Shown: piece after piece, positions 18,101 through 20,000 of the stretch
How the letters are laid out: each line of letters starts with the position of its first letter
How positions within the stretch are numbered: position 1 is the stretch's first letter
NCBI GenBank assembly: GCA_027923505.1
Contig: BROI01000028.1
Coordinates: 362,243-382,242 of the forward strand
Direction of reading: 5' to 3'
From: Mayamaea pseudoterrestris
Taxonomy: Eukaryota
Length of the DNA: 20,000 bases
The notes under the pieces: model-generated
Databases searched by the model: none
Seen by the model: only the letters and a program-made list of their open reading frames with translations
Told to the model about the DNA's origin: nothing
Position numbers and translations under genes: made by a program

Positions 18101-20000
18101 GTGACAACTTGTCACCAGTCTCAGCCTGCAGATGCCATGACATTCAAACGCCCCTACAGCAAGCCCTGTATACACCCAAATGACACCAGAATGGTGCCAA
18201 CATCATTATTCAGGCTGCGCTACAAGATGGTAGGCCTGGCTGGTGTCTCAGGGGACGGCAATGTATATTGGTGACAACTTGTCACCAGTCTCAGCCCGCA
18301 GATGCCGTGACATTCAAACGCCCCTACAGCAAGCCCTGTAGTGCACCAAAATGACACCAGAATGGTGCCAACATCATTATTCAGGCTGCGCTACAAGATG
18401 GTATGCCTGGCTGGTGTCTCAGGGGATGGCAATGTATATTGGTGACAACTTGTCACCAGTCTCAGCCCGCAGATGCCGTGACATTCAAACGCCCCTACAG
18501 CAAGCCGTGTAGTGCACCAAAATGACACCAGAATGGTGCCAACATCATTATTCAGGCTGCGCTACAAGATGGTATGCCTGGCTGGTGTCTCAGGGGATGG
18601 CAATGTATATTGGTGACAACTTGTCACCAGTCTCAGCCCGCAGATGCCGTGACATTCAAACGCCCCTACAGCAAGCCCTGTAGGTGCCCCAAATGACACC
18701 AGAATGGTGCCAACATCATTATTCAGGCTGCGCTACAAGATGGTAGGCCTGGCTGGTGTCTCAGGGGATGGCAATGTCATTGGTGACAACTTGTCACCAG
18801 TCTCAGCCTGCAGATGCCGTGACATTCAAACGCCCCTACAGCAAGCCCTGTAGGTGCCCAAAATACACCAGAATGGTGCCAACATCATTATTCAGGCTGC
18901 GCTACAAGATGGTAGGCCTGGCTGGTGTCTCAGGGGATGGCAATGTATTTGGTGACAACTTTGTCACCAGTCTCAGCCCGCAGATGCCGTGACATTCAAA
19001 CGCCCCTACAGCAAGCCCTGTAGGTGCCCAAAATACACCAGAATGGTGCCAACATCATTATTCAGGCTGCGCTACAAGATGGTAGGCCTGGCTGGTGTCT
19101 CAGGGGATGGCATTGTATATTGGTGACAACTTGTCACCAGTCTCAGCCCGCAGATGCCGTGACATTCAAACGCCCCTACAGCAAGCCCTGTAGGTGCCCA
19201 AAATACACCAGAATGGTGCCAACATCATTATTCAGGCTGCGCTACAAGATGGTAGGCCTGGCTGGTGTCTCAGGGGATGGCAATGTATTTGGTGACAACT
19301 TGTCACCAGTCTCAGCCCGCAGATGCCGTGACATTCAAACGCCCCTACAGCAGGCCCTGTAGGTGCCCAAAATACACCAGAATGGTGCCAACATCATTAT
19401 TCAGGCTGCGCTACAAGATGGTAGGCCTGGCTGGTGTCTCAGGGGATGGCATTGTATATATTTGGTGACAACTTGTCACCAGTCTCAGCCCGCAGATGCC
19501 GTGACATTCAAACGCCCCTACAGCAAGGCCCTGTAGGTGCACCCAAATGACACCAGAATGGTGCCAACATCATTATTCAGGCTGCGCTACAAGATGGTAG
19601 GCTTGGCTGGTGTCTCAGGGGATGGCAATGTATTTGGTGACAACTTGTCACCAGTCTCAGCCCGCAGATGCCGTGACATTCAAACGCCCCTACGGCAAGC
19701 CCTGTAGTACCCAAAATACACCAGAATGGTGCCAACATCATTATTCAGGCTGCGCTACACGATGTTAGGCTTGGCTGGTGTCTCAGGGGATGGCAATGTA
19801 TTCGGTGACAACTTGTCACCAGTCTCAGCCCGCAGATGCCATGGCATTCAAACGTCCCTACAGCAAGCCCTGTAGGTGCCCAAAATACACCACAATGGTG
19901 CCACCATCATTATTCAGGCTGCGCTACACGATGGTATGCCTGGCTAGTGTCTCAGGGGATGGCAATGTATTTGGTGACAACTTGTCACCAGTCTCCAACC
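15160..20000. repeat. 169-bp tandem satellite, right arm (~28-29 units, continues past the window end)
   Basis: Same monomer and orientation as the left arm. It resumes in phase after the TSD (...ATACACC-CAAAG-TGCCAACATC...). Units vary by a few substitutions and small indels. Confidence 0.97.

Noticed and set aside
6430..19468. Many 60-120-aa ORFs (VTTCHQSQPADAVTFKRPYSKPC...) in the repeat
   Set aside because: By-products of a 169-bp period, which is not a multiple of 3. Frames shift each unit and indels between units ignore codon phase.
6370..20000. CRISPR-like array (palindromic repeat at regular spacing)
   Set aside because: The sequence between palindromes is the same in every unit, so there are no unique spacers. 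No cas genes are present and the context is eukaryotic.

Overview
Eukaryotic DNA, most likely from a diatom or other stramenopile. This is inferred from the compact genes with short GT-AG introns, a bipartite plastid-targeting-like presequence and a CoDi-type copia element. Bases 1-5.9 kb are gene-dense: the 3' end of a lactonase (6-phosphogluconolactonase-like beta-propeller), a Trx-z-like thioredoxin, a 3-exon SDR, a 3-exon eIF4A whose second intron holds a candidate C/D snoRNA, and a 3-exon cyclophilin. A short CpG-free degenerate Pro/Ser-repeat remnant follows (~6.0-6.37 kb). The rest of the window is a 169-bp tandem satellite (~40 copies, running off the right end), whose units carry a 19-bp palindrome. 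A young, full-length Ty1/copia LTR retrotransposon interrupts the satellite (8364-15159, minus strand, 329-bp LTRs differing at 1 base, CAAAG target-site duplication). Its most notable traits are a chromodomain-like module after the integrase and a non-canonical primer-binding site complementary to a tRNA-Asn anticodon arm, suggesting half-tRNA priming. It also has a single frame break inside pol.
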